Virus record (IMG/VR): IMGVR_UViG_3300028840_002847
Location: 2,188-66,187 of that record
Reading direction: 5' to 3' (one strand)
Source: a virus
Taxonomy: Duplodnaviria; Caudoviricetes
Length of the DNA: 64,000 bases
Part shown: piece after piece, positions 37,779 through 46,332 of the stretch
Layout: the number at the start of each line of letters is the position of its first letter
Position numbering within the stretch: position 1 is the stretch's first letter
Notes under the pieces: generated by a model
The model's input: the letters and a program-made list of their open reading frames with translations, nothing else
Told to the model about the DNA's origin: nothing
Database searches by the model: none
Translations under genes and position numbers: made by a program

Positions 37779-38465
37779 ATGGTCATTATTCTAGATGCCG
37801 TCCGTTGGGATGTAGCAATCGAATACCTATGGCCCGCTGTATGTGGTAAACTGATCAGAGTTAGGACACCTATCGATTGGACGCTCGCTTTCTACGAGAT
37901 GGCAAAGCCTTGGATAGAGTCTTTCCCGGGAACGGTAAGCCTTATGACCTGTGGTTGGGGGCAAAAGGCAGAAGTAAAATGCGATCGTGGTCCATGGGGT
38001 CATATGTTCCCTCTCCGGGATAACCTATACGAAATTATCAGGGAGCTCATCAAATTATCGAGGACAGACGGGAATAGCCTCCTAGTCGTCCACGATTTTT
38101 TTATCCACAATTATTTTGATGATATCGGGGGCTTAAAGAGTCTCACTCCTGCTAATCAGAATCAGGCGTGGGGAGCCTATCTGTATCGAGTAGAATCTAT
38201 CCTCCCGAGTATTGTCGAAGCAATTAAGGCTGGACAGACTCATGGCTTTGAGGTTTTCCTTACAGCCGATCACGGCGAGGCTTTTTGGGAAAAAGGGAGC
38301 CAATGCCACCATGGGAATTGTTGCCGGGACGCAGACGGAATTTCAGCGAAAGAGGTGCAGGATATTTTCCTCCTCAAGGTAGGAGAAGAATTTACGGGGA
38401 TAAAAGCAGATCCCCAAGATGCCCGGATAATTCAAAAGAGTTTATTTGAAGGGGGACCGATATGA
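37779..38465 (+). CDS. alkaline phosphatase/sulfatase-superfamily protein
   Basis: IILDAVRWD, DWT, H..FIH, TADHGE..HHG; no CxPxR sulfatase motif. Confidence 0.7.
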   Translation: MVIILDAVRWDVAIEYLWPAVCGKLIRVRTPIDWTLAFYEMAKPWIESFPGTVSLMTCGWGQKAEVKCDRGPWGHMFPLRDNLYEIIRELIKLSRTDGNSLLVVHDFFIHNYFDDIGGLKSLTPANQNQAWGAYLYRVESILPSIVEAIKAGQTHGFEVFLTADHGEAFWEKGSQCHHGNCCRDADGISAKEVQDIFLLKVGEEFTGIKADPQDARIIQKSLFEGGPI

Positions 38466-39145
38466 AACTCGTCGGAATAGTCAGAGCTAGGAACGCGAAA
38501 CAGTATATAGGACCGCTCGTTGACCAGATGAAGTCCTTCTGCGATGAGGTGATTGTTCTCGACGATCAATCGACAGACGGGACCGATAATATAGCAAAAG
38601 GATATGGCGCAGTCTTATACCGGGTCAATACCGGGGCGCCGCATCACGAAGGACGGGACAGGCGGCGTCTCCACGAGCTAGCGGGGCGGCATAAAGCAGA
38701 CTGGGTATGGGGTCCGGATGCCGACGACCTGCTGGCAGAAGGTTGTTCTGCACGTATCAGAGGCTTGGCTGAGAGTGGTTGCGGCATGGAAGGTTTCCAG
38801 TTCCCCTATCTCTATTGTTGGGGAGACACGAAGCACTACAGAGTTGACGGCTCTTACCGGAATACAACCGCATTGAAGCTCTTTAAGTACTCCCCTGACG
38901 AAAAGCCTATGAATCGAGAAGTGCACTCCATGGCGGTACCGCGAGAAGTCCTCGAGAGAGGTATGTTCTGCTTGGTCCCTGACGTGCTGCTACTTCACCT
39001 AGGCTACATGACCCCGGCGCAGCGCCTAGAAAAATATCTGTATTATTCAGAAAAATACCCTCCGGGGTCTCAAGGTTTTAAGGACGGCGGTAGCAACGGG
39101 TGGGAACATATCTTAGGAAGGGAGGCTCAAATTGAGACAATCTAG
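38462..39145 (+). CDS. GT2 glycosyltransferase
   Basis: VRARN, VLDDQSTDGT, PDADD, LHLGY. Confidence 0.9.
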   Translation: MKLVGIVRARNAKQYIGPLVDQMKSFCDEVIVLDDQSTDGTDNIAKGYGAVLYRVNTGAPHHEGRDRRRLHELAGRHKADWVWGPDADDLLAEGCSARIRGLAESGCGMEGFQFPYLYCWGDTKHYRVDGSYRNTTALKLFKYSPDEKPMNREVHSMAVPREVLERGMFCLVPDVLLLHLGYMTPAQRLEKYLYYSEKYPPGSQGFKDGGSNGWEHILGREAQIETI

Positions 39146-40103
39146 TCTTACAGACTACAAGAAGAAAAAAAGAAAGCGCCACGCCTTTGACCCGCACGGG
39201 AACGTCAACGGGTACCGCCGCCGGATCGATCATACTGTCTGGGAGCCGATATATTATCCTTTAACCTTTGAGGACTTCCGGCCCTTCGATATTCTAGGGG
39301 TGGAAAGCAAATCTGAGATTGGTGTAGGAATTAGAACCGCGTCCTTGGTTGACGGCAAGCCCGCTTTTCTGAACCACGTAGGGCAAGTAATTCTCAAGGA
39401 CGGAAAGCTAGTTGTCAGCGAAGCTAACTTCCCGGTCCATGCCTACACCCCGGTAGAAGATTATCTCAGGGCGCAGGCGGAAGGGAAGTGCAGGCTTACC
39501 CTTATGAGGATAGACACTAGGGTGTATGGTGGCGATATGCCTGAGTCTAAGAAGATGGTAGCCGAAGCAGCCTGTCTTGAATATCACCTATCCTTAGAAG
39601 GTTACAAATATACTGCTGGGATATTCTTTCCCCTCGCCGCTTTCAGTATCCTGAGAAATTTCACCCCGCTTATCAGAGGGAGGTATTATAATCTGCCTGT
39701 CGAGGATATGTTTAAGATATTCATCTGCTCAAATATCGTTGACTTAGGCTGGAAAACAGGGCAGGAGATAACGGGGAAAGATTGGTTCTTGTCTAGCCTC
39801 CATAAGTATATAACCACCCCTCAAGATATATTTGAAGGGCCCTACACTCTGTTTATATGCGGCTGGACTAGGGAGCCGAAACAACTCAATAGGGAGAGGC
39901 GAATAAATGAAGATAGAAAGCGCACGAAAGTACGCTACAGTCCTCATGGTAACCGCATGGGCGCTCTGCTTTACGGCGATTACCGGGGCTGTAGTCTACC
40001 TGATGGTAGTAGGGAAAGACCCGGATACAAAACTTTATATGGCTATATTGACCGCCTTCATATCCTCAGTGCAGTCGATAATCGGCTTCTACTTCCTTGC
40101 TAA
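39132..40103 (+). CDS. permuted papain-like (YiiX/NlpC-P60-type) amidase, endolysin candidate
   Basis: PFDIL, NHVG, SEA, Y.Y, FICSNIV, TPQD in His-before-Cys order; TTG start with SD GGAGG. Confidence 0.6.
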   Translation: MRQSSLTDYKKKKRKRHAFDPHGNVNGYRRRIDHTVWEPIYYPLTFEDFRPFDILGVESKSEIGVGIRTASLVDGKPAFLNHVGQVILKDGKLVVSEANFPVHAYTPVEDYLRAQAEGKCRLTLMRIDTRVYGGDMPESKKMVAEAACLEYHLSLEGYKYTAGIFFPLAAFSILRNFTPLIRGRYYNLPVEDMFKIFICSNIVDLGWKTGQEITGKDWFLSSLHKYITTPQDIFEGPYTLFICGWTREPKQLNRERRINEDRKRTKVRYSPHGNRMGALLYGDYRGCSLPDGSRERPGYKTLYGYIDRLHILSAVDNRLLLPC

Positions 40104-40137
40104 GAAACGAAACGGGGAAGATGCCCCGCCGGAATAG
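39907..40137 (+). CDS. two-TM holin-like protein
   Basis: two hydrophobic helices, IIGFYF then a basic tail; last gene of the late operon. Confidence 0.6.
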   Translation: MKIESARKYATVLMVTAWALCFTAITGAVVYLMVVGKDPDTKLYMAILTAFISSVQSIIGFYFLAKKRNGEDAPPE

Positions 40138-40151
40138 TACTGCTAAACAGT

Positions 40152-40192
40152 AAGAAGCACCGACCCCTTATCAGGGCCGGTGCTTTTTGTTT
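40152..40192. terminator. bidirectional intrinsic terminator
   Basis: AAGCACCG.CCC / GGG.CGGTGCTT stem followed by a T tract, where the + and - gene blocks converge. Confidence 0.85.
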
Positions 40193-40559
40193 AAGCTGAG
40201 TGCTTCCTCACAAATAGCCTGAATAAGAATAGCCTTATCCTCCGAAACAGCCCGGGCGGGGGTAAGGTTACCGCCGGCTCGTTCTTAGGCGGTGTGTAAA
40301 CCCTCATCTTATAAAAGCACTTCGGGCATACGATCGGGATCCGCGCCGCAAAAGGAGTATTGTCCGACTCCCGGTTAAGCGTGCAGTCAGCCCAACCCCA
40401 CCACCCTGAGCCATGACACCGCTTACAGCTAGACTTGGCTTTAGTAAAGTCAAAGTCTTGCGCCCCGCGAACTACCCACGTTCCCTTCCTCTGGTCCCAG
40501 CCTACGCAGACAATCGCGGTAAAAGTTTCTCTAATCAATAAAGGTTGCTTCTTCGTCAT
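40191..40559 (-). CDS. hypothetical protein with CxxCxGxG zinc motif
   Basis: CKRCHGSG...CPKC. Confidence 0.55.
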   Translation of the reverse strand: MTKKQPLLIRETFTAIVCVGWDQRKGTWVVRGAQDFDFTKAKSSCKRCHGSGWWGWADCTLNRESDNTPFAARIPIVCPKCFYKMRVYTPPKNEPAVTLPPPGLFRRIRLFLFRLFVRKHSA

Positions 40560-40756
40560 TAAGGCCTCCTGTCCCACGCCTCGTCCGCAGCCTTAAGCCA
40601 CGGGGCGCCGGGTTCCATGTTTCCGTGTGTTAATACCTTAGGTCCTGTTGCCCCACAATTAGGGCATCTATCACAACCGTGAGTACTTGCTGTATTGACC
40701 GAAAAGTATAGCACGCCTGTGTACCCGCAGAACGGGCAGGCTTCTGTTGTTGCCAT
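40559..40756 (-). CDS. Lar-like restriction-alleviation zinc-finger protein
   Basis: CPFCG...CPNCGATGP...AWDRR pattern. Confidence 0.6.
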   Translation of the reverse strand: MATTEACPFCGYTGVLYFSVNTASTHGCDRCPNCGATGPKVLTHGNMEPGAPWLKAADEAWDRRP

Positions 40757-40758
40757 CT

Positions 40759-40938
40759 TCAACCTCCCCTCAGAGTTTGTAGCCGGGTTTCAAGCGCTTG
40801 CTTCTCCCCGGCGGTTAAATCGTTTTTATAATCTGCGAGCGCCATCTCTATTCCTTGCGCTTCCTGCTCTTTTGACATGGGGCAATGACAGGCTGCTGGG
40901 TAGCATTTATCGCAGAATTCAAAGCCTGTTTTCCTCAT
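40759..40938 (-). CDS. small Cys-containing protein (59 aa, not in ORF track)
   Basis: MRKTGFEFCDKCYPAACHC...; ATGA overlap. Confidence 0.5.
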   Translation of the reverse strand: MRKTGFEFCDKCYPAACHCPMSKEQEAQGIEMALADYKNDLTAGEKQALETRLQTLRGG

Positions 40939-41186
40939 ACGCCCTCCTTGAAGTAATAGGTGTTATATCCCTGCGCCCCGTGGGCGAAGATATAATTACC
41001 CTCTAATACTTTGGCGTAGCACTTAGGGCATAGATCTACCCTTTGCGAACATATATGATTCCGGGTTGAGCGCCCCTCGGTCTGCTCGGTAGTAAATATA
41101 ATGCCCAGTTCTTTTGTAATCCCGGTATCAATATCTAAAGGTGCTCCGCAACCCTCTATATCACAGGTAATAGTTGTCGTCCTCAT
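40935..41186 (-). CDS. small zinc-binding phage protein
   Basis: ITCDIEGC...DLCPKC. Confidence 0.6.
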   Translation of the reverse strand: MRTTTITCDIEGCGAPLDIDTGITKELGIIFTTEQTEGRSTRNHICSQRVDLCPKCYAKVLEGNYIFAHGAQGYNTYYFKEGV

Positions 41187-41189
41187 GTT

Positions 41190-41447
41190 CTATATCTCCT
41201 GTTCTAAATTCTCTACTCGTTCTTTCCAATAAGCAAGTTCATCTTCTGCCTTTACAGGACTTTCTAACATCTCGGTAGGCCATAAAGTAGTCTGGCCGTC
41301 ATTGAACTTCATAAGAGCGACTTTGTATCCGGCCCGATAATCTATAAGTTGGGCGACTACGAAATGCTCAAATACTGTATAAGGAACATCTGCCTCTAGT
41401 GCCGGGAGTAACAAACGGCATAAGGCCCCTTTTTCTATATTACTCAT
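41190..41447 (-). CDS. hypothetical protein
   Basis: SD GGAGG before ATG 41447. Confidence 0.5.
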   Translation of the reverse strand: MSNIEKGALCRLLLPALEADVPYTVFEHFVVAQLIDYRAGYKVALMKFNDGQTTLWPTEMLESPVKAEDELAYWKERVENLEQEI

Positions 41448-41707
41448 AATCTGCGCCTCCCCGTTGCCCGGGCTATATGAACCCCGAGATTTATCAGCGA
41501 GTATTCGGGCCAAGGCTTTTTATTGTAAGCCCGCGTCCACCCTAAAGGGTCTAATGCTTCGGTCATATAATCCCGGTATTTTATTACCTCAATCAAATGA
41601 GCCTTCCGGGCTTTAATATCACGCCGTATCTTGAGTATAAAATAAATAACAAATCCAAGAACTACGGGCATGATGTATATTAAGATAAAGTCTGCAAAGT
41701 TATTCAT
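41444..41707 (-). CDS. small membrane protein
   Basis: N-terminal TM; SD AAGGAGG. Confidence 0.55.
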   Translation of the reverse strand: MNNFADFILIYIMPVVLGFVIYFILKIRRDIKARKAHLIEVIKYRDYMTEALDPLGWTRAYNKKPWPEYSLINLGVHIARATGRRRL

Positions 41708-41918
41708 TATTTCGCCTCCTTCTGCTCTGGGCTTCTTCATAAGCCCGGGCAATTTTACTGTTCCACTCGTCGGTGTCTGCAAGTACTCTTACCTCGTCGA
41801 AATATCTCCCCATCTGTTTTTCCCTAAAGATAGCTTCGACATTGATTTGATTGCGGTGTGTCTTGCAGTACCTTAAATACCTTTGGTGGGTAGGGGATAT
41901 TACGGCAACGGTTTTCAT
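41700..41918 (-). CDS. hypothetical protein
   Basis: coupled ORF in the early operon. Confidence 0.5.
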   Translation of the reverse strand: MKTVAVISPTHQRYLRYCKTHRNQINVEAIFREKQMGRYFDEVRVLADTDEWNSKIARAYEEAQSRRRRNNE

Positions 41919-42136
41919 TGGTCGTACTCCTTTTGGTTAACAATTACGAAGCGGTCACTACATTTGTTTTTATCGGTAATGACCCCTATCCCATCATTAA
42001 AGGTAGAAAAAAAACAATACTGTTTCCCCTTTGATGTTTCTGATATCCTCCCTTGGTCTATAACGTATTTTACATGACCTAATATCTCTGAAATCTCAAA
42101 GCGGGAGCGGTTCTCGATTATTATTTTTTCAGCCAT
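41915..42136 (-). CDS. hypothetical protein
   Basis: SD AAGGAG; coupled ORF. Confidence 0.55.
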   Translation of the reverse strand: MAEKIIIENRSRFEISEILGHVKYVIDQGRISETSKGKQYCFFSTFNDGIGVITDKNKCSDRFVIVNQKEYDQ

Positions 42137-42149
42137 ATCTCCTCCTTAA

Positions 42150-42446
42150 TTATTCTTCCCGGCTTTCAAAAATCACGTAGCCTTCCCATAAGACCTCGCA
42201 CATAAAATCCCAGAAATCTTTTGTCAATCCCAGCCCGCTAGCGCCGCCTTCGATATATCCGGCTTCACGCCACGTCTGCAGGGTTTTCCGTTCTTCCCCG
42301 TTAATATGCCGGGGTTCAATCTTCTGGGAGTTAACCATCACGTATTGGATATACGGAATAAGCCGGAGCTCGGTCTTTGATATATCCCTGCCGAGTCGCT
42401 TATTGGCTATCTCCTGAATCTTCTTTGATAATTGTCCTCGGTTCAT
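42150..42446 (-). CDS. phage hypothetical protein
   Basis: ELRLIPYIQY...TKDFWD; SD GGAGG. Confidence 0.6.
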   Translation of the reverse strand: MNRGQLSKKIQEIANKRLGRDISKTELRLIPYIQYVMVNSQKIEPRHINGEERKTLQTWREAGYIEGGASGLGLTKDFWDFMCEVLWEGYVIFESREE

Positions 42447-42455
42447 AGTGGCCTC

Positions 42456-42794
42456 CTATACATAACCAGCGGTTTCGTTATCGGCAGCGGCATAACTCTG
42501 CTCATCTTCGTCCTCATATGGGTAGGGCAATATAAACCTCTCCGCTCCCTGCCAATCCCGGGGCCGCCCGTCCGGATAGGTTGCTACCGAGGGCCGCACC
42601 TTATTAAATAATATTCCCCCTTCAATTTCCTCGGCCTCAATACCGAAGTCCTCCAGCGGCGTAGAGCCGTGCCGCTTTGTCATCTTCCCGAAGTTCTCTA
42701 GGCTCCGGTGTAAGTAGAACAGGTAATCCCCGTCGGCATAGGTTACGTGCCGAGGGGAGGGTCTGTCGCAATCGTTAACGATAAAGAATTGCAT
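42456..42794 (-). CDS. hypothetical protein
   Basis: SD AGGAGG. Confidence 0.55.
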   Translation of the reverse strand: MQFFIVNDCDRPSPRHVTYADGDYLFYLHRSLENFGKMTKRHGSTPLEDFGIEAEEIEGGILFNKVRPSVATYPDGRPRDWQGAERFILPYPYEDEDEQSYAAADNETAGYV

Positions 42795-42803
42795 AGTGTC
42801 CTC

Positions 42804-43082
42804 CTATTGGTATGGCAGTAACAACTGCCCCGCTAGTGTAGCGGCTGGTTTTGCCGAGCCTATCTCGACGGCTTCGTCTAATTCTTTAATCCTCCCCCGG
42901 AGCTCAGCAACTTCAACTAAACTTATAATCTCCACCGGAAGCACCTCTATCAGCCCATGGTTCTTTATATGTTCTAGAACGTCGTTGAAGTATTCCTCCT
43001 TCTCCCTCCAGCCGCAATCGCCATCCTGATTGTTAAAGGCTTCCCGGGTCAAGTAGTAGAGGCATTCCTTAAAGCCCTTCAT
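42804..43082 (-). CDS. hypothetical protein
   Basis: ORF in operon. Confidence 0.5.
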   Translation of the reverse strand: MKGFKECLYYLTREAFNNQDGDCGWREKEEYFNDVLEHIKNHGLIEVLPVEIISLVEVAELRGRIKELDEAVEIGSAKPAATLAGQLLLPYQ

Positions 43083-43254
43083 GACTGCCCGTCCTTTCTC
43101 TAACGTAAACCCACTTCCTATATCCTAGAGGCATTATATCTCTAGAGTTTGGGGGTTCATTAAGCCACTCTTTAGTAGAGCATTCTTCCCACCAAACCTT
43201 GCCGCCGGTTACCTTTTCAGCGAACCACTTGCGGCGCTCTTTTTTCTTAACCAT
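43069..43254 (-). CDS. hypothetical protein
   Basis: SD GGAAGG; ORF in operon. Confidence 0.45.
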   Translation of the reverse strand: MVKKKERRKWFAEKVTGGKVWWEECSTKEWLNEPPNSRDIMPLGYRKWVYVRERTGSHEGL

Positions 43255-43279
43255 GCTACCTTCCTTTTTTTGGGTTCCC

Positions 43280-43444
43280 TTATCTGTTTAGTAATATTAT
43301 TATTCCTGCTACCGCCGCTATAATTCCTATTACAATCCCAATAAGCCCGGGCCACGGGGAGTTATTTATTTCTCCCTTGGTATATCCCACCACAGCTATA
43401 ATGTTGGCTACTAAAAGCAATATTATTCCTGCTAAAGTTTTCAT
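43280..43444 (-). CDS. small two-TM membrane protein
   Basis: MKTLAGIILLLVANII...WPGLIGIVIGIIAAVAGIIILL. Confidence 0.55.
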   Translation of the reverse strand: MKTLAGIILLLVANIIAVVGYTKGEINNSPWPGLIGIVIGIIAAVAGIIILLNR

Positions 43445-43449
43445 GATAT

Positions 43450-43677
43450 TTACGCCGTTAAGAGAGCTATTGCAGGGTTGCGCCCGGTGCCGCCGCAGGT
43501 CGTGCAGAGCCGGAACATTGAATAAAATTCGTTCCCTGTCCCGTCGCAACGTTTGCATAAGTCAACCCTCGCGAGCAGGTTTTGATTCCGGGTTTCATAA
43601 TCCATCCTCATGTGGCCCGGGAGTGTATTTAAGGCTACTATCTCAAAGTGTTTGAATTCGCTCATAATTAATCCCAC
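43450..43677 (-). CDS. DnaJ-like CxxCxGxG zinc-finger protein
   Basis: CKRCDGTG and CTTCGGTG. Confidence 0.6.
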   Translation of the reverse strand: MGLIMSEFKHFEIVALNTLPGHMRMDYETRNQNLLARVDLCKRCDGTGNEFYSMFRLCTTCGGTGRNPAIALLTA

Positions 43678-44282
43678 CTTATAAAGCCTCGTTTACCTCC
43701 CCCGGGAGAGAGGACAGCCTGCCGTTCTACGTCCTCCTTTGGAACCTCAGACAATGCCCGGGCAATGTCATGGATTGTTCCAATGCAGGGGCGAAACCCT
43801 TTAGCCGCATACTTAAAAGCCCGGCGCAGGGAGTCAACTTCAAAGCCCCGGAGGAACTTGTTTACCGATAAGTGCTTACGCTCTACTGCTAAGAGCGCTT
43901 CAATAGTTGTGAGTACCGCCTCACCGTCATAGGCAAACTGACAGAGGTAGTAGTCGAACTTATCGAAGCACTCCCTTATTGTGGACGAGTAGACTTTGAT
44001 AAGCTGAACAGGTGTCCCGGCTACATTGTACTCGTCCATTCTCTCGGTACTGCGGGAGAGGTTTTGGGAGAGGTTGTTTTCTTTGACGAAATTAGCAAGG
44101 TGTCCGTCGTTTATTGCGAATACGTCTATATCCCGGGAAGTCTCTTTCCCGGTAAACCACGCCCTCACCGCCCCGCCTGCTATCCAGCAGTTAGGCGGGA
44201 TAATGAAATCGTGAATAGGCGTACCCATGAGCAGGTGCTCAGGGATTACTATAAGCCAGTCAAGGTCTATGATAGTTGCCAT
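43668..44282 (-). CDS. nucleotidyltransferase (CCA/poly(A) polymerase head-like)
   Basis: WIAGGAVR, RDIDVF, FDYYLC motifs. Confidence 0.75.
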   Translation of the reverse strand: MATIIDLDWLIVIPEHLLMGTPIHDFIIPPNCWIAGGAVRAWFTGKETSRDIDVFAINDGHLANFVKENNLSQNLSRSTERMDEYNVAGTPVQLIKVYSSTIRECFDKFDYYLCQFAYDGEAVLTTIEALLAVERKHLSVNKFLRGFEVDSLRRAFKYAAKGFRPCIGTIHDIARALSEVPKEDVERQAVLSPGGGKRGFIRWD

Positions 44283-44292
44283 ATTGTCCTCC

Positions 44293-44718
44293 TTATTCAG
44301 TGCCACTTCCCCATTTATCAATGGTATAATCGTGGCACCGTTCTTTGAATATTCTTTCTGCAGTCCCGAAACTTACCCCGCAGAGTTGGGCGCAGGCGTT
44401 GAGGCTCTGTTTGTCCTCGAAGTAGTAGAACATTATCCGTTCCTCGAGGGCGCCCCGGGTTTTGAAACGACCTGTTGTTTTTTTCCTCCCTCTCTTTTTC
44501 CGGGTCCGGACTCCTTTAAGTTGGATATTTACTGTAATAGAATTATCCCACTTGTACCCGGCTATCCCAAAACGATCGGGGAGACGATCTAATCCCCTTG
44601 ATTGGGTTATAGTCGCTTCCTTTGACCTGTCTACTAAGAGGATAAGCCCGCGCAGGAACTCTTTTACCTTAGCCTTGTCGTGCTTATTCATCTCAGCCTT
44701 TTTCGCTTGAGGCTTCAT
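44293..44718 (-). CDS. HTH-containing protein
   Basis: C-terminal SLNACAQLCGVSFGTAERI. Confidence 0.55.
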   Translation of the reverse strand: MKPQAKKAEMNKHDKAKVKEFLRGLILLVDRSKEATITQSRGLDRLPDRFGIAGYKWDNSITVNIQLKGVRTRKKRGRKKTTGRFKTRGALEERIMFYYFEDKQSLNACAQLCGVSFGTAERIFKERCHDYTIDKWGSGTE

Positions 44719-45484
44719 TAGCGCTCCCTCCCTCTTTGATAGCCTTAGCCTTTTTTAAGGCTGCCTCAGTAGCGGGAGTAATAGGCTCTTGCTCCCTCAA
44801 GGCATAGTCTTGCACTATGTCAGCTAACTCTATAATCAGATTTTTAGCCGCAGCCTCAGCCATGCCTGCTTCGTGCCGGGCACGGTATTCGGCTGCTTCC
44901 TTAGCTTCGGCAATGGTTTGGACTTCTTTGTCCCGCATAGGCATTATTACCCCGATAAAGTCCTGTCCTGTTTCAGCCGAGGACGCTCTGATTACTATAG
45001 GGTCATTGTAAGACCAAGCCTCAATCCGTATCTGAGGCACACCTTTATCTCCACGGTGAAAGGCTGTAGCCATGGAGCATATCTCCCCCAATAGATAAGG
45101 GCTAAAGGATAATGTAAGCTCAGGCGGGTCTTTGGGAAACACGTGTTGCCAAGCAGGGTACCGCCCCTCAAGAGGCTTGCACTGCAAGTCTACTTTGTCC
45201 TTTTCCCGGGTGAGGGTGAGGGTGCAACTATCCTTCTCTCCGGCAAGGCTTAAGACGGATTTCTTATCGAAGAGCTTGTCTATCTCAATGACCTGTTTCT
45301 TAGAGATAATAACCGGGTAGAGCTTATCCATACCCGGTTCCTCCCCGTTGGGGTAGGTGACAGCGGCAAGCATTCGGCCGCTAGTCGCTACGGTGTGGTC
45401 TTTGTCGAAGCAAACGCCGTTGAGAATATAACGGGTCTCGTCTTTGCTTACGGCTTTGACCACACACAGATTTTTCTTATTCAT
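44693..45484 (-). CDS. DNA polymerase III beta-clamp-like protein (truncated paralogue)
   Basis: SKDETRYILNGV, VATSGRMLA, EGRYP, VIMPMR. Confidence 0.75.
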   Translation of the reverse strand: MNKKNLCVVKAVSKDETRYILNGVCFDKDHTVATSGRMLAAVTYPNGEEPGMDKLYPVIISKKQVIEIDKLFDKKSVLSLAGEKDSCTLTLTREKDKVDLQCKPLEGRYPAWQHVFPKDPPELTLSFSPYLLGEICSMATAFHRGDKGVPQIRIEAWSYNDPIVIRASSAETGQDFIGVIMPMRDKEVQTIAEAKEAAEYRARHEAGMAEAAAKNLIIELADIVQDYALREQEPITPATEAALKKAKAIKEGGSANEASSEKG

Positions 45485-45645
45485 TGTGTCCTCCTTTTTA
45501 ATTGATCGCACCAAAGGACGAGTCTTTCCTTAAACGTCCCGTGCGCCTTTGCCATATGGATAGTTAATCCACGATAGGAAAAGGTCCCATAATTGCAATA
45601 CCGACACCTGTATAGGTGCCGGGTCTCGTTATTGCTTGCTACCAT
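45481..45645 (-). CDS. C2H2 zinc-finger mini-protein (54 aa, not in ORF track)
   Basis: YRCRYCNYGTFSYRGLTIHMAKAH = Cx2Cx12Hx4H; SD AGGAGG; ATGA overlap with next gene. Confidence 0.7.
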   Translation of the reverse strand: MVASNNETRHLYRCRYCNYGTFSYRGLTIHMAKAHGTFKERLVLWCDQLKRRTQ

Positions 45646-45668
45646 AAATTCCTCCTAGGTTAAAACTT

Positions 45669-45875
45669 CTAGTAGATATAAGCGCACCAAGTAAACTTAA
45701 AGCAGGCACACTTGGTACACTTCCCCATGCCTTTGTTAGCCGGGGTATTCGCCCCAACGTGATATTCATGCTCACTCTTAAGATGGCCGCAATAGCACAT
45801 CTCGTCTTTAATCTTGGGCATCTTTTCTTTTTTCGGCTTCTTAGCCGCGGTCACTTTCTTTTTCTTTGCAGGCAT
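45669..45875 (-). CDS. basic Cys/His zinc-binding protein
   Basis: CYCGH...EH...C.KCAC. Confidence 0.55.
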   Translation of the reverse strand: MPAKKKKVTAAKKPKKEKMPKIKDEMCYCGHLKSEHEYHVGANTPANKGMGKCTKCACFKFTWCAYIY

Positions 45876-46050
45876 CACAACCCTCCTTTACATTTTCCTG
45901 AATCCATCGGACGAGAAACTTAGTCCACTTCCACCCGTCAAGCGGGCAGAGCTCGGCCAATGAATCGAGTTCATCTTCTGAGCATTCGGCTATATCGAAA
46001 CTGCCGAACTTACCATTGCGTCTTGCTCTGACATACGCTCCTGTTATCAT
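45841..46050 (-). CDS. hypothetical protein
   Basis: SD AAGGAGG. Confidence 0.5.
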   Translation of the reverse strand: MITGAYVRARRNGKFGSFDIAECSEDELDSLAELCPLDGWKWTKFLVRWIQENVKEGCDACKEKESDRG

Positions 46051-46059
46051 AGCGCCTCC

Positions 46060-46332
46060 TTAGAATGCAGGGGTATCTTCATCGCCGAAGGGCGGGGGCG
46101 CATCATCATCGCCGACTTCCTGCAGAGCTTCGCCGAAGCCCTTCTCGCCCGCAAGCCACTCCGGGATTACTACCTTCCCGGTGTCGCCCTCGTTGCTGAT
46201 ATCTGTTCCCGGGAGTAGCTGAGATTTAGGCAGCCACACGTCGTTACTCCAGCCCGGTACCGAGACGAGCAGAGCCTTTGGAGTTGTCTTTACTACTTTA
46301 AGCCTATAAACTGTTACGTCGTTATTCGCCAT
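46060..46332 (-). CDS. small phage beta protein with SSB-like acidic tail
   Basis: TPKALL..WLPKSQ..IPEWLA.EKG; ends in GDEDTPAF. Confidence 0.6.
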   Translation of the reverse strand: MANNDVTVYRLKVVKTTPKALLVSVPGWSNDVWLPKSQLLPGTDISNEGDTGKVVIPEWLAGEKGFGEALQEVGDDDAPPPFGDEDTPAF

